From sequence record PV805633.1: a stretch of 64,000 nucleotides of DNA; one strand, given 5' to 3'. The stretch comes from a phage. Position 1 is the first letter of the stretch; every line of letters begins with the position of its first letter. The notes beneath the pieces are model-generated. The model saw only the letters and a program-made list of their open reading frames with translations. It had not been told where the DNA came from and made no database searches. Shown piece after piece: positions 25,854 through 37,203 of this stretch. Made by a program: the position numbers and the translations under genes.

Positions 25854-28800
25854 TTAGTTTACTAAGTTCATCCAAGGGTTTAGGTTGTGAGCACGAAGCC
25901 CCTGACCAAAGCCCCATGAGTAATCCAGACTACCCTTAGCAGCAATACTAAAGATGTTGTCCTGAATAGGTAAGCCAACGTTACCAAACATGGTAGGAGT
26001 TGGAGCCAGCATCGCCATTGCTGCATGTACTGGGTTATTGCGAATCATGGACACTGCAACTTTTGCAGAACGAATCTTAAAGTTGTAGAACCACATCAAA
26101 CCAACACTTTCCATATACCCACGGAAACGACCAGGCAGACGGTCATAGTTAATGAACTCTTCGGTTACACGTCCCAGTGCTTCTTCACGAGTCTTACCTT
26201 TACGCTGAGTCAGTTCATCATAGATGATTGCTTTAGCGATAAAGTCAGAGTACTCAACCGTCTTCTGGATACCCTGGAACAGAGCAGTATCTTTAGTGAT
26301 AAGTGCATAACGACCAGCAGCACGTACAGACTTAGGTAACTTATCCGCCAGCTTTTCCATGTATTCGTGAAGTTTGCCTTCAGTAATCAGGATGTCATCA
26401 CGACCAATACCAGCATCTGCAATTGAAGAGAACTCACCAGCTTCTATCAGAGGCCAGATACTCATACGCTTATGGCTATCAGTAATGGACTGAATCTCAG
26501 CCTTAAGTTTACGAATCTGATTCGGGTTAGTAGCTGCACGTAATTCTGCTTCTGCATCTACCTGACGTAAACGAGATTTAAGGTACTGGTTAATCTCAGC
26601 AGTTTTCTGTGGAATGCTCTTAGCAATGTTCTTAACTGGCACACCACGAGCAACCATCTGGTAAAGGTTAGCCAAAAAGTTAACAACAGGTACGACTACT
26701 GACTTAACTACAATCAGAGTCTTAGCATCTTTAACTAAGTTTTGAACCAGGTTCTCACCACCCATTAAGTACTTATAGGCGCGGTTACCGGCTAAACCCA
26801 GAATAGCTTTTTTAAAAGTATTAAGCGTTTCCGGGGACCAACGAGAATTACCAGACCAAGCATCACCAATCGAAGCTGCACGATAGCCAAGTGCATCATT
26901 CAGCATGTCACGACGTACCCACAGTTCACCCTCACCAAACAGTTTTTCTGCTTTCCGTCGAGTTTCGCTGTTCATCAGCTTAAGAGCATCAGCAGTTACT
27001 GGGTCCAGCTTAGAACCAAAAAGGTTCACGTACTGGGACTTATTAGCAGCAGACATCTTAATGTCTTCCTTGTACATGCTATACAGGTTCTCAATCAGCA
27101 TATCATTGAAACGCTGAGCCTTAGCTTCTTCCACCTGACGTCCACGCCATACACCAATTGCACGGGCAAGATGATTTTCACCTTCAATATGCTTCAGCAT
27201 ATTAGGGTTAATTGATTGCTCATAAGCAACCACATCACCTTTAGCATTATATACAGGCAGCAGTGGTTCATTACCACGTTCACCACGAGCTAGTGCTTTA
27301 GCGATACGGTCTACAGAAGGCTTGTCAGTAATACGACCAGCTACCATGGAACCCATAGTAAAGCCTGTACCGAGGTCTACACCACCAGCAGTATTACGAA
27401 CGTTCTGTAGAATACCTTGTGAGAACGGAGCCTGTGCCTGTACTGGGGCAAAGTAGTAGCTACGTGCCAGACCTCGGTTAGCAGAGCTACCTTGATAAGT
27501 ACCCAGACGAACATAGGACTTCTCTATCAAATCACCAAACTCGCTATCTTCAGCAACAACCAGACTAACACCCTGTTTAGTCTCACTAGGGATATACCCT
27601 TTGTACTGGTTCAGGGTTGCACGCATATTAGATTTGGCTTTAGCCATTTCATCTTTACGCTGCCCAACCAGGTAAGAAGTAGCAAAGTCCATTCCCTCAA
27701 CTTCTGTCTGAGCCAGTGAAGATAACATCTCACGGTCGGACTTGTTCATTGCTTCCAGTGCATACAGGGTAATAAGTTTATCCAGTTGAGCTACATCTAC
27801 AATAGAACGAGTAGTCTTACGTTCACCCAGCATACGAGAGATTGCAGTAGCATTACGCAGCAAGTTTTTACCGACTGTGCCATTAATCATGTACTGAGCC
27901 AGTTGCTTAGATTTACGGTTAATCAGAGGCCAGTTACGACCAGCTTGTTTCTGCAAATCTGCTTCCAGCTTATTCACTTCACGGTCAACAATCTTCTGGT
28001 CTGAAAGCAGGTCACGAATTTCAGCCAGAGACATGGTGTCACGCAGGACAGCTAAGTCAGTTTTACCCATACCAGTGTACATTGCTTTCCACTCATCCTT
28101 AGTCAGCTTACGGCTGAACTTAGATGCGATAGTGGTAGGCAGGTGTTCACGGAACTGCTGACGGTCAGCCTGCACCTGTGCACGGACTGCTTTAATCAAA
28201 TCGTATACAGAAGCATTGCTCTTAGTACGACCGGTTAAATCATTAACCAGGTCATGGAAAGGTTGCCATACTTTACCCTGGTTCATTGCAACCATAACGC
28301 CTTCAGCTACGTTTGCACCATTCTTCTCTGTAGCAATAGCAGCCATTAGTTGTGCAGCATGAGCAGCACCTTTGACCAATGGGTTCTTGGTATTAGCTGC
28401 AACTTCACGAGCACTTTCTAAAACACGAGTAGACAGTACATCAATAGAGTCCACCAAATACTGGTTAGCACGGTCAATAGCATTACCACTAGGAGTAGCA
28501 ACGGAATCATAGAATGACTGTGCATTTAGGCTAGTCTGCATGATTGTTTGAGCCAGTGCATCCATACCTTCCTGTACGTTGGTAGCTTTGGTATCACCTG
28601 CTACACGAGCATTCAGACTAGCCATTGCAGCAGTACCAATGTTAGTCAGCATTGCATCAACGGTATTCCCAGATTTCTTATCTGCTTTCATAACAGGAAT
28701 GTTAGCCAGTACGCTACGTACCTCTTCACTTACCATTGCCAGACCAACAAAGGTAGGCAGTATTGAAGAACGACCCTGTGCATCAAACTCAATATTGTTA

Positions 28801-31800
28801 GCACCCATGATGGTATCGAACTTCTGCTGTGCATAGTAACGGTCAGCAGGGTTAGTACTATCTGGGTCAGTCATGAATGATTCAACAGTCAGGTTCTTAG
28901 TAACGTGTGCATAGTATTCCTGTGCACGAGAAAGAGCAGCCGGACTAATAGCAGCTTCAGTAGCGAGTGCAGCAACAATGTTAGTAAAGAGACGCTGTTC
29001 CTGCATATTCATGGTAAAGCCATGAGCCTGAACATCACGGGTTACTTTAGTTGCGTGCTTTTTCGCATCAGAGAACTTACCTTCACGGATTACTTGCTGT
29101 ACTGGTTCTGAACCAATGTAGTTAGTAATCAGCTTATCAAAGGTCTGTCCTAACTCTTCCAGACGGGTATTGTCACCATATGCTTTGTTATGGAACAAGG
29201 TAGTATCTTTGGCTACAGCAGCCGTAGGAGCCTGACCACGCATAACTACTGAAGAGTTAAACAGTAAGCCAGAGAACATATCATCTGCATTAGCAGGTGC
29301 TTTCTTGCGACCAAATACCAGACGTTTGATTGCTTCATATACTGACTGAACCATGGCTTTCAGTGCAGTGGTCTTCTTCTGCTTACTAATTAATTCACGG
29401 TTAGTTAAGCCCCAAGCCATGTACTCATTCAGTGCAGCAGCTTTAGCCATTGCTGGTTCAATAAAGCCGTTAGACAAGTGACCATTAATGGTATTAAGTG
29501 CATCAGCATATGCTTCACGTACTGCCGGAGATTCATCCATAACATCCAGATTACGGAACTGGTTCATCAAGTCTTCAATATTCTGGACTGCTTCATTAGG
29601 AGTACCCTCATAGTGAGCCAGTACAGATTCAAAAGTAGAAGCATGTACTAATTCATGAACCAGAGTCTCTAGGGAAGGGGTAACTAAGTAGATGGTTTTA
29701 TCATCAAAGTTAGTCCAGCCATACGCATTACCAGCTTCGGCAGCTTCAATATCTTCCGGTGCTGGACGAGTAATGTTCTTCTCAATAGCATAGGCATCCA
29801 GTTGAGCAGGAGTACCGTAAACAACTTTGTAGTCTTTAGCAGCAAGGGATTTCTGTATCTCTTTCAATACTGCTTGCTGTTCTGGAGACATCTCTTTAGC
29901 CAGCTTGGTAATAGCAGTATTAGACAATAGACGTACACCAGACTTAAGTACACGACCAACTTGTTCCATTGCTGGCACTTCTTTAGTAGGTACTTCTTTC
30001 ACTGGATCTGCTTTAGCAGCACGTACTGCATCACGACGCTTATTTAATTCAGCATCAAACAGTTCGTTCAGCTTAGCTACTTGCTGGTCTACAGTCAGTC
30101 CCTCAAGAGAAATTTTACCGTTGTTCACATAAGGAGCACCTACAGCAGCCATCTGGTCAACAGTGGTCTGTACCTGGTTCATTACTTTGTGGCGAATATC
30201 CACACTTAAAGCAATGTTACGCAGGTTACGCTCAATAAGGTTAACACCGGAATTCTTAATCATATCAATCTTATACTGCCTGTCTCCCTCAACGCGACTG
30301 ATATGAGAAAGCTGTTCAAAATCTAAAGCGGAACGGGCAATGTCATCAATTGTCTTATCTGACAACTTATCAAAGTCTACATTCTTCAAGAACTCAGAGA
30401 AGGATTCATATACAGCCTTGATAGGATTCCCCTGCCAGGAAGTGTATACAGCCTCGTTTGCTTTACGACTTGCATCAGTGATGTCACTAATACCAATGTT
30501 CATACCATCAAAGATTTTCAGGGTATTCTTCGGAGCACCTTTCATAGTAGAAAGGGTCTGCATCATCATGCCATCACCAGTACCGATGGTCATAAATGGA
30601 ATACCTGCAACACCTGCTTGTGAAGGAGCATAGATGCTCATTGGCACACGCATACGGTCATCTAAGTTGGTAGCCAGTACTTGGTTAGCAACGTCAGTAC
30701 TCTCACTGCCAGCAAGGTAGAAAGTCTGTGAGCCAGTCTCAATCATTGGAGCCAATGGAGATAATGATTCCTGGATTTCATTCAGTTCTTTCTGTGTTAA
30801 GAAATCACCCTTCTTCCAGGTTGGGTCTTTTTCTTTTTCTGCTAGCTTAGCCTGTACTGCTTGCTGGAACATATCCTGCAATACCAGGGACTGAATCTGA
30901 GTAGCCTTCTGCAAGTTCTCAGTAGAGTACATCAGACCTTCACCAACAGTATTACGGATACCAGTACGCATTGGTTCAACGAACAAATGGAGCATATTCT
31001 CTTGTAAGTTCTTCAGAGCATTACCGGATACGGTAAATTTCTGAGGGTCTAACTTACCAGTCAGAGCACCATCTACTTCCTTAATAAATAACTTACCCTT
31101 ACGCTTAGCTGGAATCTTACCGGTCAGTGCTTCCATAGAAGTAAGGAAAGTATCCAGCATAGCCTGAGCATCTGCCTCAGACGCAGCCTCCTTACCAAAC
31201 ATTGCCATAGCCGGGGAAATGCTAGGGTCAGCAGCACGTGCTTGCAGAACGTCGCTGAAGCGTTCGTAGATGGTGTCAGTAATTGCACTGACCATCTTGC
31301 CAGCAATACCACGAGCACCAGAACCATAGATGGTAATGGTCAGAGGGTTCTTAGCGATACCACGTTTCAGGTCCAGAGTACCATCTTCATTCAGGTTAAA
31401 GTCTTTAATGAACAGGTCCATTAACTTCTGGAGATGATTTATCTGGTTCATAACTGGAACGTTGTTACGGTAAGTAGTACGTAACTCATTCAGTGCTTGT
31501 TGTAGACCATTGGTAGATGCTTCATACAAGTCAACATTATCGTCGATAGAACAATGTTCATTCATCGTTTTACCAGCACGACCGAAAAACAAACCACCTT
31601 TAGCAGTGTTCTTAATCCAGTCTGGGGTGAACTTACCACCAGTCATTAATACCATTGCATTGATTGGGCCGTTGGTTACACCATCAGCTTCAACGTACAG
31701 AGGGGTAGTAAAATTAGCACGGTCATCACTGTTCAGGTAACGGGCATATTCCATCAGAGCCATGAGAGCCACGAAGGATTTGTTATCACCCAGAGAGGTT

Positions 31801-34800
31801 TTCAGAATATCTACTGCATCAGTAGGTAAGTAGCCAGACTTATCAAACTCGACCATCATATCAACAGCAGGTTTCAGATTACCTTCCAGGGCTTTGGTCA
31901 GATTTTCAGACATAGCTTCACGGGACATTTTATGTACCTTGATGCCCAATGCCTGAGCCAGTCCTAGCTGGAAGTCAGAGAACGCTTGGCTGTTTTCATT
32001 ACTCAAGTCGATAGTAGAGAAGGTTGGCAGAATTGCTTCACGAACCAGTTTACTGGATTGTGGGTTATTCTTACCAAGCATCTGCATACGACCTACACGG
32101 GTCATGTTGTAACCGTAGTGGATAGGTGTATCCAGTCCATCCTCTTGTTCTTTTAGCTGATTAATTAAACCAAACAAGGAATCATATGCCATAGACACAG
32201 ACAGGTTTTTACCTTCCAGAGATTTGGCAGTGTTTTCATTCAGCAAATCAGGATTAAGAGAACCAGCACCCATCAGTTCCAGAATGCCGTCTCGACCTAA
32301 TGCTTCATAGAAATTAACCATCGGCATGTGTACACGGAACTCCGTAGCCTGTTCAGCTTTCAGAGCAGCTTTCTGTTCTGGGGTATTCCTAACCGCAGGG
32401 TTACGTAACTGAGTTTGAGCCACAGAAGGAATGTCGTCACCGAAGTACGTTTTCTCTTCCGGGTTTACCAAAACAGCTTCTTCAATTGCTGTAAGGAAAT
32501 TATTAATAGGGTCTTTATCAGCCAACTTATTAATAGTGTACAAACCAATAGTCTTATTAGAGTCCGGGTCAATCTCAGACACATCCAGCATAGTCTCAGT
32601 AACTGCACCCATCTCGATGAGGGAAGACAGAATCTCTGTAGCCATTGCCACTGGAATACCCTTGGTATAACCCAGTGGTGCATTAGGGTTACGGTTTAAA
32701 CCCCAGTAGGATTCAATCTTTTGAGCCAGTGAGTTAGTAGCCTCAATCAGAGTCTGGGCATTATCAAACTCAGCCAGAATACTTTCTGGTAACAGAGATG
32801 CATCTACACCAGTAATAGCAGCTACGTCTTTCATGTCTTTAATGGCAGCATTCTGTGTAGCAGTCAGTCGCCATTGCAGACCGGCAAGTACAGCAGTCTC
32901 TAACAACTGGTCATTGAACTTAAAGGTATCCCCGTCTTTCTCTACGATGTTAAGTAACTTACCACCTACCCAACGGTTAGCCTCAGTACCTTCTGCAAAA
33001 CGTTTACCAACATTTTTATTAGCAAGGAACTTAGCCAGTCGTTCAGACAGAGTAGCCTTCAGAGTTTCCCCAAAGTCCATCAAGTCCTGATAACGTTCTA
33101 ACACATCACCTGCGAGAACGTTATTTTCTTTTTGAGTGAACGCTTCAAAGCGAGCAGCAGAAGACAGTGCTTTCTTGATATCAGCCAAAGGAGATTCAGA
33201 GCCAATGGTACGGGACTTAGGTTCTTCCGGTAAGGTAAATGCTTTCAGGAACTGGTTCGGTGTCTTCTCATTGTTATAGACAGGGAACACTGCTTCCATT
33301 CCAGAAAGGGGTTTGCCACCCACTGTATAATCTGCTTTCAGCTGAGCCAGTGATACTTCATCCTTCTCCACGTTGTTAGTGTTACGACCAGAGGTATCTA
33401 CACCAACCAGTATCTGTGCATTATTAGCTTCAACGAAAGACTGAACAGTATTGAATTGTTCAGCAGTCAGCTTCTGATTATCAAACAGTTGCAGAGATAC
33501 GAATGGTTGTTCACTACCTTTATAGAAGGTAGAGCGAATAGCACCTGTATCCAGAGACATATCACGATAACCATCGTGACCAAATACATCGGACAGGCTG
33601 ATATGGTCGCCATTAGAACCAACCACAGTACCATCAGCAAACAGCCATGGACTCTCCCTACGATCACCATACTTATTAAGAGTTTCCTGTGAAATAGTAT
33701 TTTCTTTCACATAAGCATCTCTCTCAGATTCAGTAGGTTGTTCGACGGTATCCTCATTAGTGGGGGTAGCCTCATCTACAACCGGGCTAGTCTTTTCAGA
33801 CTTAGGTACTTTCTCTTCCTGTACAGGTGTAACTTCTGGCTGGGAGAATGTATTACGTACATAGTTCATAAAATCATTACGTGCTTGAGAAGGAGAAGAC
33901 CATACTTCCCGTGTGCTACGTAAACTAAAGATTCGACCTTCAGGAGTCATTACGTAAGGTACATTTGTTTCACCGTACTTAAATGAAGTGAGCACGTCTG
34001 ACTTACCAGTAACAGTGCTTTCCCCTGGAATGACAATAGTCTTACCACCAGTAGAAGGAACAGCACGAACACCCTCAATATCCTTACCAAGAGAAATATA
34101 CTCTTTACCGTTGTAATCAAAGTACTGACCTATCTGCATATAGGTAGCTTGTTGCTTACCAGTAAACTCAGCAGTTTTCATCTCCGGGCCATTAGGTACA
34201 GACGTACTTTCAGACTTAGGCTTAGATACTTTCTCTGGTTCTGACTTAGACTCTACAGTGTTAGGAGCAGTTTTATTGTTTACCACTGGTTTAGCTTTAG
34301 ATTGTACAGTAGTAGTGTCCTCTTGCACTGGTGCAGGGGTTTCATCAACCTGATTCACTGGTTCATTAGTCTGTTGAGACTGAGTGGCATTAAGACCACC
34401 TTGACGGAACTCTTTAACTACCTGGGCAGCTGGCTTGTTCAGACGTGAATCCAACGAGGTAACTTTCACATGAGAAACATTAAGCTCCGGGTAAGCCGTA
34501 GCAAGTGCGTTAGCAATATCAGCTACGGTCTTAGCTTCCAGCGCTACTTGCTGGGCAAACTTAACAGACTTGGTATCATAAGGATTGACACCGAGGCCAG
34601 TACGACTACGTACCCATTCACGGGTAGGCGTGAGAGCCTGATAATGAACAGACTTATTCTTATCCGCATTCCCCGAAATCAGATGCTCATTCAACGCTCC
34701 GACCTTATTCTGCATGTGCTGGGCGAACTTCATAAAATCGCTCAGATAAGCGGAGGCCAAATCGAAGTTACCAGAGTTATACGCAGAACGAATGCGTTTC

Positions 34801-37100
34801 GCATGTTGCAACGCAGAGTACTGTCCTTCATTAGAACGAGACTCGTCGGTTTTAATCTGTTTACTAACGATGTCTTGACGACGTAAGCCCAGTTCTTCTG
34901 CTTTAGCATCATACTCACGTGCACCCTGTAATAGAGCAGCAGCTGATTGCAGGGCAGCACGTTGACGATTATTCAGTGTAATCTTACCTTCACTCGCATG
35001 CTTCAGAACCATGTTCACTGAATCTGCATCCAGTACTTCTGGAGACATATCAGCAGCCATAGCAATGTTGTTTGCTTGGGCTTGGTTAGCTTCTTCAGTA
35101 GCTTTCAGTTTACCTGCTTCAGCCTGTTCCTGAATCATAGAATGGATGGCACGGAATGCACGAAGTACTTTAGGGGTATTCTGTATGTTAGCCATCAGGC
35201 CGGAGAACTGGTCTACGATTGCAGCAGCAGGAGAACCTTGTTCCAGATTAGCCAGAGCACCTGGGTCACGGTTAATGAAGCTATCCATAGACATGATGTT
35301 GTCATACATCTGGATTGCAGCTTCCATTTGAACGTTAGGGTCTTCAGCAGTATTAACCAGGTCAGCCATCTTCTGAATAGCTTCCACACGGTTAGTGGAA
35401 CCAGAAACAGCTTCACGGATTACTGGGCTGGCTTGTTCCAATTCTACTGGGTCAAACTTCATTGCCTGGGTTAAGTCAGCAGCATACTGGGTAGCAGCAG
35501 CCTTCTCTTCTGGAGTGATGTCCATTGCATCTACTGCTTCCTGTACAGTTGCTTGTGCTTGCTCTGCTTGAGCAGCAGCTTCCTGTGCAGCAGCATTAAC
35601 CGTAGCATCAGCTACAGGGGATGCTTGTTCATTACGCTTAGCAACTTCTTCACCACGTTGAACCAGGATGTTAGTAAGAGGGGATGCAGCTTTAGCTAAT
35701 GTTTTACCAACCAGAGAAGCACCTGCCAGAGTAGTACGAAGAGCGGGGCCAGCAGCAGCACCGGCAGCTTTAACAGTTGCACCTGGAGCTTGAGCAACCC
35801 CAGCACTACCGAAGCCATAGAGTGCACCAAGACCCGCTTGCTCACCGACACCTTTGAGGGTATCTCGGGATGCATCAACATTTTCCTTGATTGCACGGTT
35901 CTGTGCGAACTGACCAAAGCCTGATTGAGTACCCTCTTCAAAAGTCTGAGCACCAAGGTTAGTAAGGGCTGCCCCAGCAGAACCAACCCTCATGGGGTTA
36001 AGTTCAAACTTAGATACTAACGGACCCATAGCAGCAGCAACTGGAGCAGTTAAGCCAGCAGCAATGATACCTGTTTCGGATGCAGTCTGACGACGTGCTT
36101 CATCAGGAGATAAACCATCAGCAATATGTTGTTGGTAAACAGGAGACTTACTTGCCAGTTCTGGATGGGACATCTTCATGATTTCAGAAGCAGTCTGTTG
36201 GTATGCACCACCAGCTTCCATACCACCGATTGCAATAGCAGGTGCAGCAACACGACCAGTAGACAATGCAACCTGTGCAGGACGTGAACCTAACCCAGCA
36301 GCTAAGGTAATACCCTTAACAGCTTTATCACCACCTACCATTACTTTACCGAGTGCAGATACACCACGGATAAGAGGACCACCAGTAAAGAGGGAACCAA
36401 CACCTTCACTCAGTCCATCTGAGGCAGCCATACCATTATCAAGTGTATTAGCAACAGAGTCGAAAGCGTCACGACCAATGCGAGACAGGGAGGCAACCAA
36501 ATCGCTCTCCCCATTTTTGATGTCCTGTTCATAGAGTTTCTGGTTCTTTTGAGCAGAAATCTGGTTCTGATTCTGAACAACTTTACGGGTAGCATTCAGT
36601 GCATCAGACTGTAGACTATGCACGCCTTCATTCAACCAATCCATCCCGGAAGCAATGGTTGCCCCGGCATTATCATTGACCAGACCTGCGCCAAGAGCAG
36701 CAATGCCCCCAAGGGTATTAGCAACACCAAGACCAACACCAGAAAGAGTATCGCCAAATGCTTCTGCGTTAGTACGCTGTTTAGATAAGTCCTGACGTAC
36801 AGCATCCGCAGCATTAGCTCGGCTATTAAGAATCTGTAAACCTTGCTCATTACCGTACTTATTAATGATTTCTAAAGGGGAGGCTTGAGTGAAATCTGCT
36901 TGAAGTGAACCTGGTTCGAATGCACCGATTCCAAGATTACCTACTCGTCCAGTCTGGAGATTGTAAGCATTCTCTGGGGTTAATTGGAAAGGGTTTTGCC
37001 CTTGTGCAGCTTGCTTCTGAGCGGTTGCAGTAGAGACATCGACTTGCTTAGCATTAGTGATGCTGTCTGCGAAACCTGCCAGACGGTCAAATGTTGACAT
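25854..37100 (-). CDS. giant virion-encapsidated RNA polymerase-like protein (N4 gp50-like), ~3748 aa
   Basis: Single uninterrupted 11.2-kb ORF; AGGAAA SD before ATG at 37100 (track starts at upstream TTG 37118); size and position match the N4-type vRNAP. Confidence 0.8.
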   Translation of the reverse strand: MSTFDRLAGFADSITNAKQVDVSTATAQKQAAQGQNPFQLTPENAYNLQTGRVGNLGIGAFEPGSLQADFTQASPLEIINKYGNEQGLQILNSRANAADAVRQDLSKQRTNAEAFGDTLSGVGLGVANTLGGIAALGAGLVNDNAGATIASGMDWLNEGVHSLQSDALNATRKVVQNQNQISAQKNQKLYEQDIKNGESDLVASLSRIGRDAFDSVANTLDNGMAASDGLSEGVGSLFTGGPLIRGVSALGKVMVGGDKAVKGITLAAGLGSRPAQVALSTGRVAAPAIAIGGMEAGGAYQQTASEIMKMSHPELASKSPVYQQHIADGLSPDEARRQTASETGIIAAGLTAPVAAAMGPLVSKFELNPMRVGSAGAALTNLGAQTFEEGTQSGFGQFAQNRAIKENVDASRDTLKGVGEQAGLGALYGFGSAGVAQAPGATVKAAGAAAGPALRTTLAGASLVGKTLAKAASPLTNILVQRGEEVAKRNEQASPVADATVNAAAQEAAAQAEQAQATVQEAVDAMDITPEEKAAATQYAADLTQAMKFDPVELEQASPVIREAVSGSTNRVEAIQKMADLVNTAEDPNVQMEAAIQMYDNIMSMDSFINRDPGALANLEQGSPAAAIVDQFSGLMANIQNTPKVLRAFRAIHSMIQEQAEAGKLKATEEANQAQANNIAMAADMSPEVLDADSVNMVLKHASEGKITLNNRQRAALQSAAALLQGAREYDAKAEELGLRRQDIVSKQIKTDESRSNEGQYSALQHAKRIRSAYNSGNFDLASAYLSDFMKFAQHMQNKVGALNEHLISGNADKNKSVHYQALTPTREWVRSRTGLGVNPYDTKSVKFAQQVALEAKTVADIANALATAYPELNVSHVKVTSLDSRLNKPAAQVVKEFRQGGLNATQSQQTNEPVNQVDETPAPVQEDTTTVQSKAKPVVNNKTAPNTVESKSEPEKVSKPKSESTSVPNGPEMKTAEFTGKQQATYMQIGQYFDYNGKEYISLGKDIEGVRAVPSTGGKTIVIPGESTVTGKSDVLTSFKYGETNVPYVMTPEGRIFSLRSTREVWSSPSQARNDFMNYVRNTFSQPEVTPVQEEKVPKSEKTSPVVDEATPTNEDTVEQPTESERDAYVKENTISQETLNKYGDRRESPWLFADGTVVGSNGDHISLSDVFGHDGYRDMSLDTGAIRSTFYKGSEQPFVSLQLFDNQKLTAEQFNTVQSFVEANNAQILVGVDTSGRNTNNVEKDEVSLAQLKADYTVGGKPLSGMEAVFPVYNNEKTPNQFLKAFTLPEEPKSRTIGSESPLADIKKALSSAARFEAFTQKENNVLAGDVLERYQDLMDFGETLKATLSERLAKFLANKNVGKRFAEGTEANRWVGGKLLNIVEKDGDTFKFNDQLLETAVLAGLQWRLTATQNAAIKDMKDVAAITGVDASLLPESILAEFDNAQTLIEATNSLAQKIESYWGLNRNPNAPLGYTKGIPVAMATEILSSLIEMGAVTETMLDVSEIDPDSNKTIGLYTINKLADKDPINNFLTAIEEAVLVNPEEKTYFGDDIPSVAQTQLRNPAVRNTPEQKAALKAEQATEFRVHMPMVNFYEALGRDGILELMGAGSLNPDLLNENTAKSLEGKNLSVSMAYDSLFGLINQLKEQEDGLDTPIHYGYNMTRVGRMQMLGKNNPQSSKLVREAILPTFSTIDLSNENSQAFSDFQLGLAQALGIKVHKMSREAMSENLTKALEGNLKPAVDMMVEFDKSGYLPTDAVDILKTSLGDNKSFVALMALMEYARYLNSDDRANFTTPLYVEADGVTNGPINAMVLMTGGKFTPDWIKNTAKGGLFFGRAGKTMNEHCSIDDNVDLYEASTNGLQQALNELRTTYRNNVPVMNQINHLQKLMDLFIKDFNLNEDGTLDLKRGIAKNPLTITIYGSGARGIAGKMVSAITDTIYERFSDVLQARAADPSISPAMAMFGKEAASEADAQAMLDTFLTSMEALTGKIPAKRKGKLFIKEVDGALTGKLDPQKFTVSGNALKNLQENMLHLFVEPMRTGIRNTVGEGLMYSTENLQKATQIQSLVLQDMFQQAVQAKLAEKEKDPTWKKGDFLTQKELNEIQESLSPLAPMIETGSQTFYLAGSESTDVANQVLATNLDDRMRVPMSIYAPSQAGVAGIPFMTIGTGDGMMMQTLSTMKGAPKNTLKIFDGMNIGISDITDASRKANEAVYTSWQGNPIKAVYESFSEFLKNVDFDKLSDKTIDDIARSALDFEQLSHISRVEGDRQYKIDMIKNSGVNLIERNLRNIALSVDIRHKVMNQVQTTVDQMAAVGAPYVNNGKISLEGLTVDQQVAKLNELFDAELNKRRDAVRAAKADPVKEVPTKEVPAMEQVGRVLKSGVRLLSNTAITKLAKEMSPEQQAVLKEIQKSLAAKDYKVVYGTPAQLDAYAIEKNITRPAPEDIEAAEAGNAYGWTNFDDKTIYLVTPSLETLVHELVHASTFESVLAHYEGTPNEAVQNIEDLMNQFRNLDVMDESPAVREAYADALNTINGHLSNGFIEPAMAKAAALNEYMAWGLTNRELISKQKKTTALKAMVQSVYEAIKRLVFGRKKAPANADDMFSGLLFNSSVVMRGQAPTAAVAKDTTLFHNKAYGDNTRLEELGQTFDKLITNYIGSEPVQQVIREGKFSDAKKHATKVTRDVQAHGFTMNMQEQRLFTNIVAALATEAAISPAALSRAQEYYAHVTKNLTVESFMTDPDSTNPADRYYAQQKFDTIMGANNIEFDAQGRSSILPTFVGLAMVSEEVRSVLANIPVMKADKKSGNTVDAMLTNIGTAAMASLNARVAGDTKATNVQEGMDALAQTIMQTSLNAQSFYDSVATPSGNAIDRANQYLVDSIDVLSTRVLESAREVAANTKNPLVKGAAHAAQLMAAIATEKNGANVAEGVMVAMNQGKVWQPFHDLVNDLTGRTKSNASVYDLIKAVRAQVQADRQQFREHLPTTIASKFSRKLTKDEWKAMYTGMGKTDLAVLRDTMSLAEIRDLLSDQKIVDREVNKLEADLQKQAGRNWPLINRKSKQLAQYMINGTVGKNLLRNATAISRMLGERKTTRSIVDVAQLDKLITLYALEAMNKSDREMLSSLAQTEVEGMDFATSYLVGQRKDEMAKAKSNMRATLNQYKGYIPSETKQGVSLVVAEDSEFGDLIEKSYVRLGTYQGSSANRGLARSYYFAPVQAQAPFSQGILQNVRNTAGGVDLGTGFTMGSMVAGRITDKPSVDRIAKALARGERGNEPLLPVYNAKGDVVAYEQSINPNMLKHIEGENHLARAIGVWRGRQVEEAKAQRFNDMLIENLYSMYKEDIKMSAANKSQYVNLFGSKLDPVTADALKLMNSETRRKAEKLFGEGELWVRRDMLNDALGYRAASIGDAWSGNSRWSPETLNTFKKAILGLAGNRAYKYLMGGENLVQNLVKDAKTLIVVKSVVVPVVNFLANLYQMVARGVPVKNIAKSIPQKTAEINQYLKSRLRQVDAEAELRAATNPNQIRKLKAEIQSITDSHKRMSIWPLIEAGEFSSIADAGIGRDDILITEGKLHEYMEKLADKLPKSVRAAGRYALITKDTALFQGIQKTVEYSDFIAKAIIYDELTQRKGKTREEALGRVTEEFINYDRLPGRFRGYMESVGLMWFYNFKIRSAKVAVSMIRNNPVHAAMAMLAPTPTMFGNVGLPIQDNIFSIAAKGSLDYSWGFGQGLRAHNLNPWMNLVN

Positions 37101-37164
37101 AGCATGTTTCCTGTTCAAACTTATATCGTATATAGGTAACCTACTCTACAGTAAGCCAGTGTAA

Positions 37165-37190
37165 GAAAAAAGCCCCGTAGGGCTTTTATT
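37165..37190 (-). terminator. terminator-like hairpin between gp51-like gene and vRNAP gene
   Basis: AGCCC/GGGCT stem flanked by an A-tract and a T-tract on the + strand. Confidence 0.4.
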
Positions 37191-37203
37191 AGTATGAAGT
37201 ATT

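Noticed and set aside
30900-31100. HExxH (VHELVHAS) zincin-like motif inside the vRNAP ORF as a possible embedded protease domain
   Set aside because: A single short motif in a 3750-aa protein is expected by chance; there is no supporting third ligand or context visible by eye. The coordinates are only my estimate of where the motif lies.
25854-37118. Dozens of 60-140-aa ORFs on both strands inside the giant vRNAP gene
   Set aside because: Entirely nested within a long coherent ORF, biased composition, no RBS; treated as frame artefacts.
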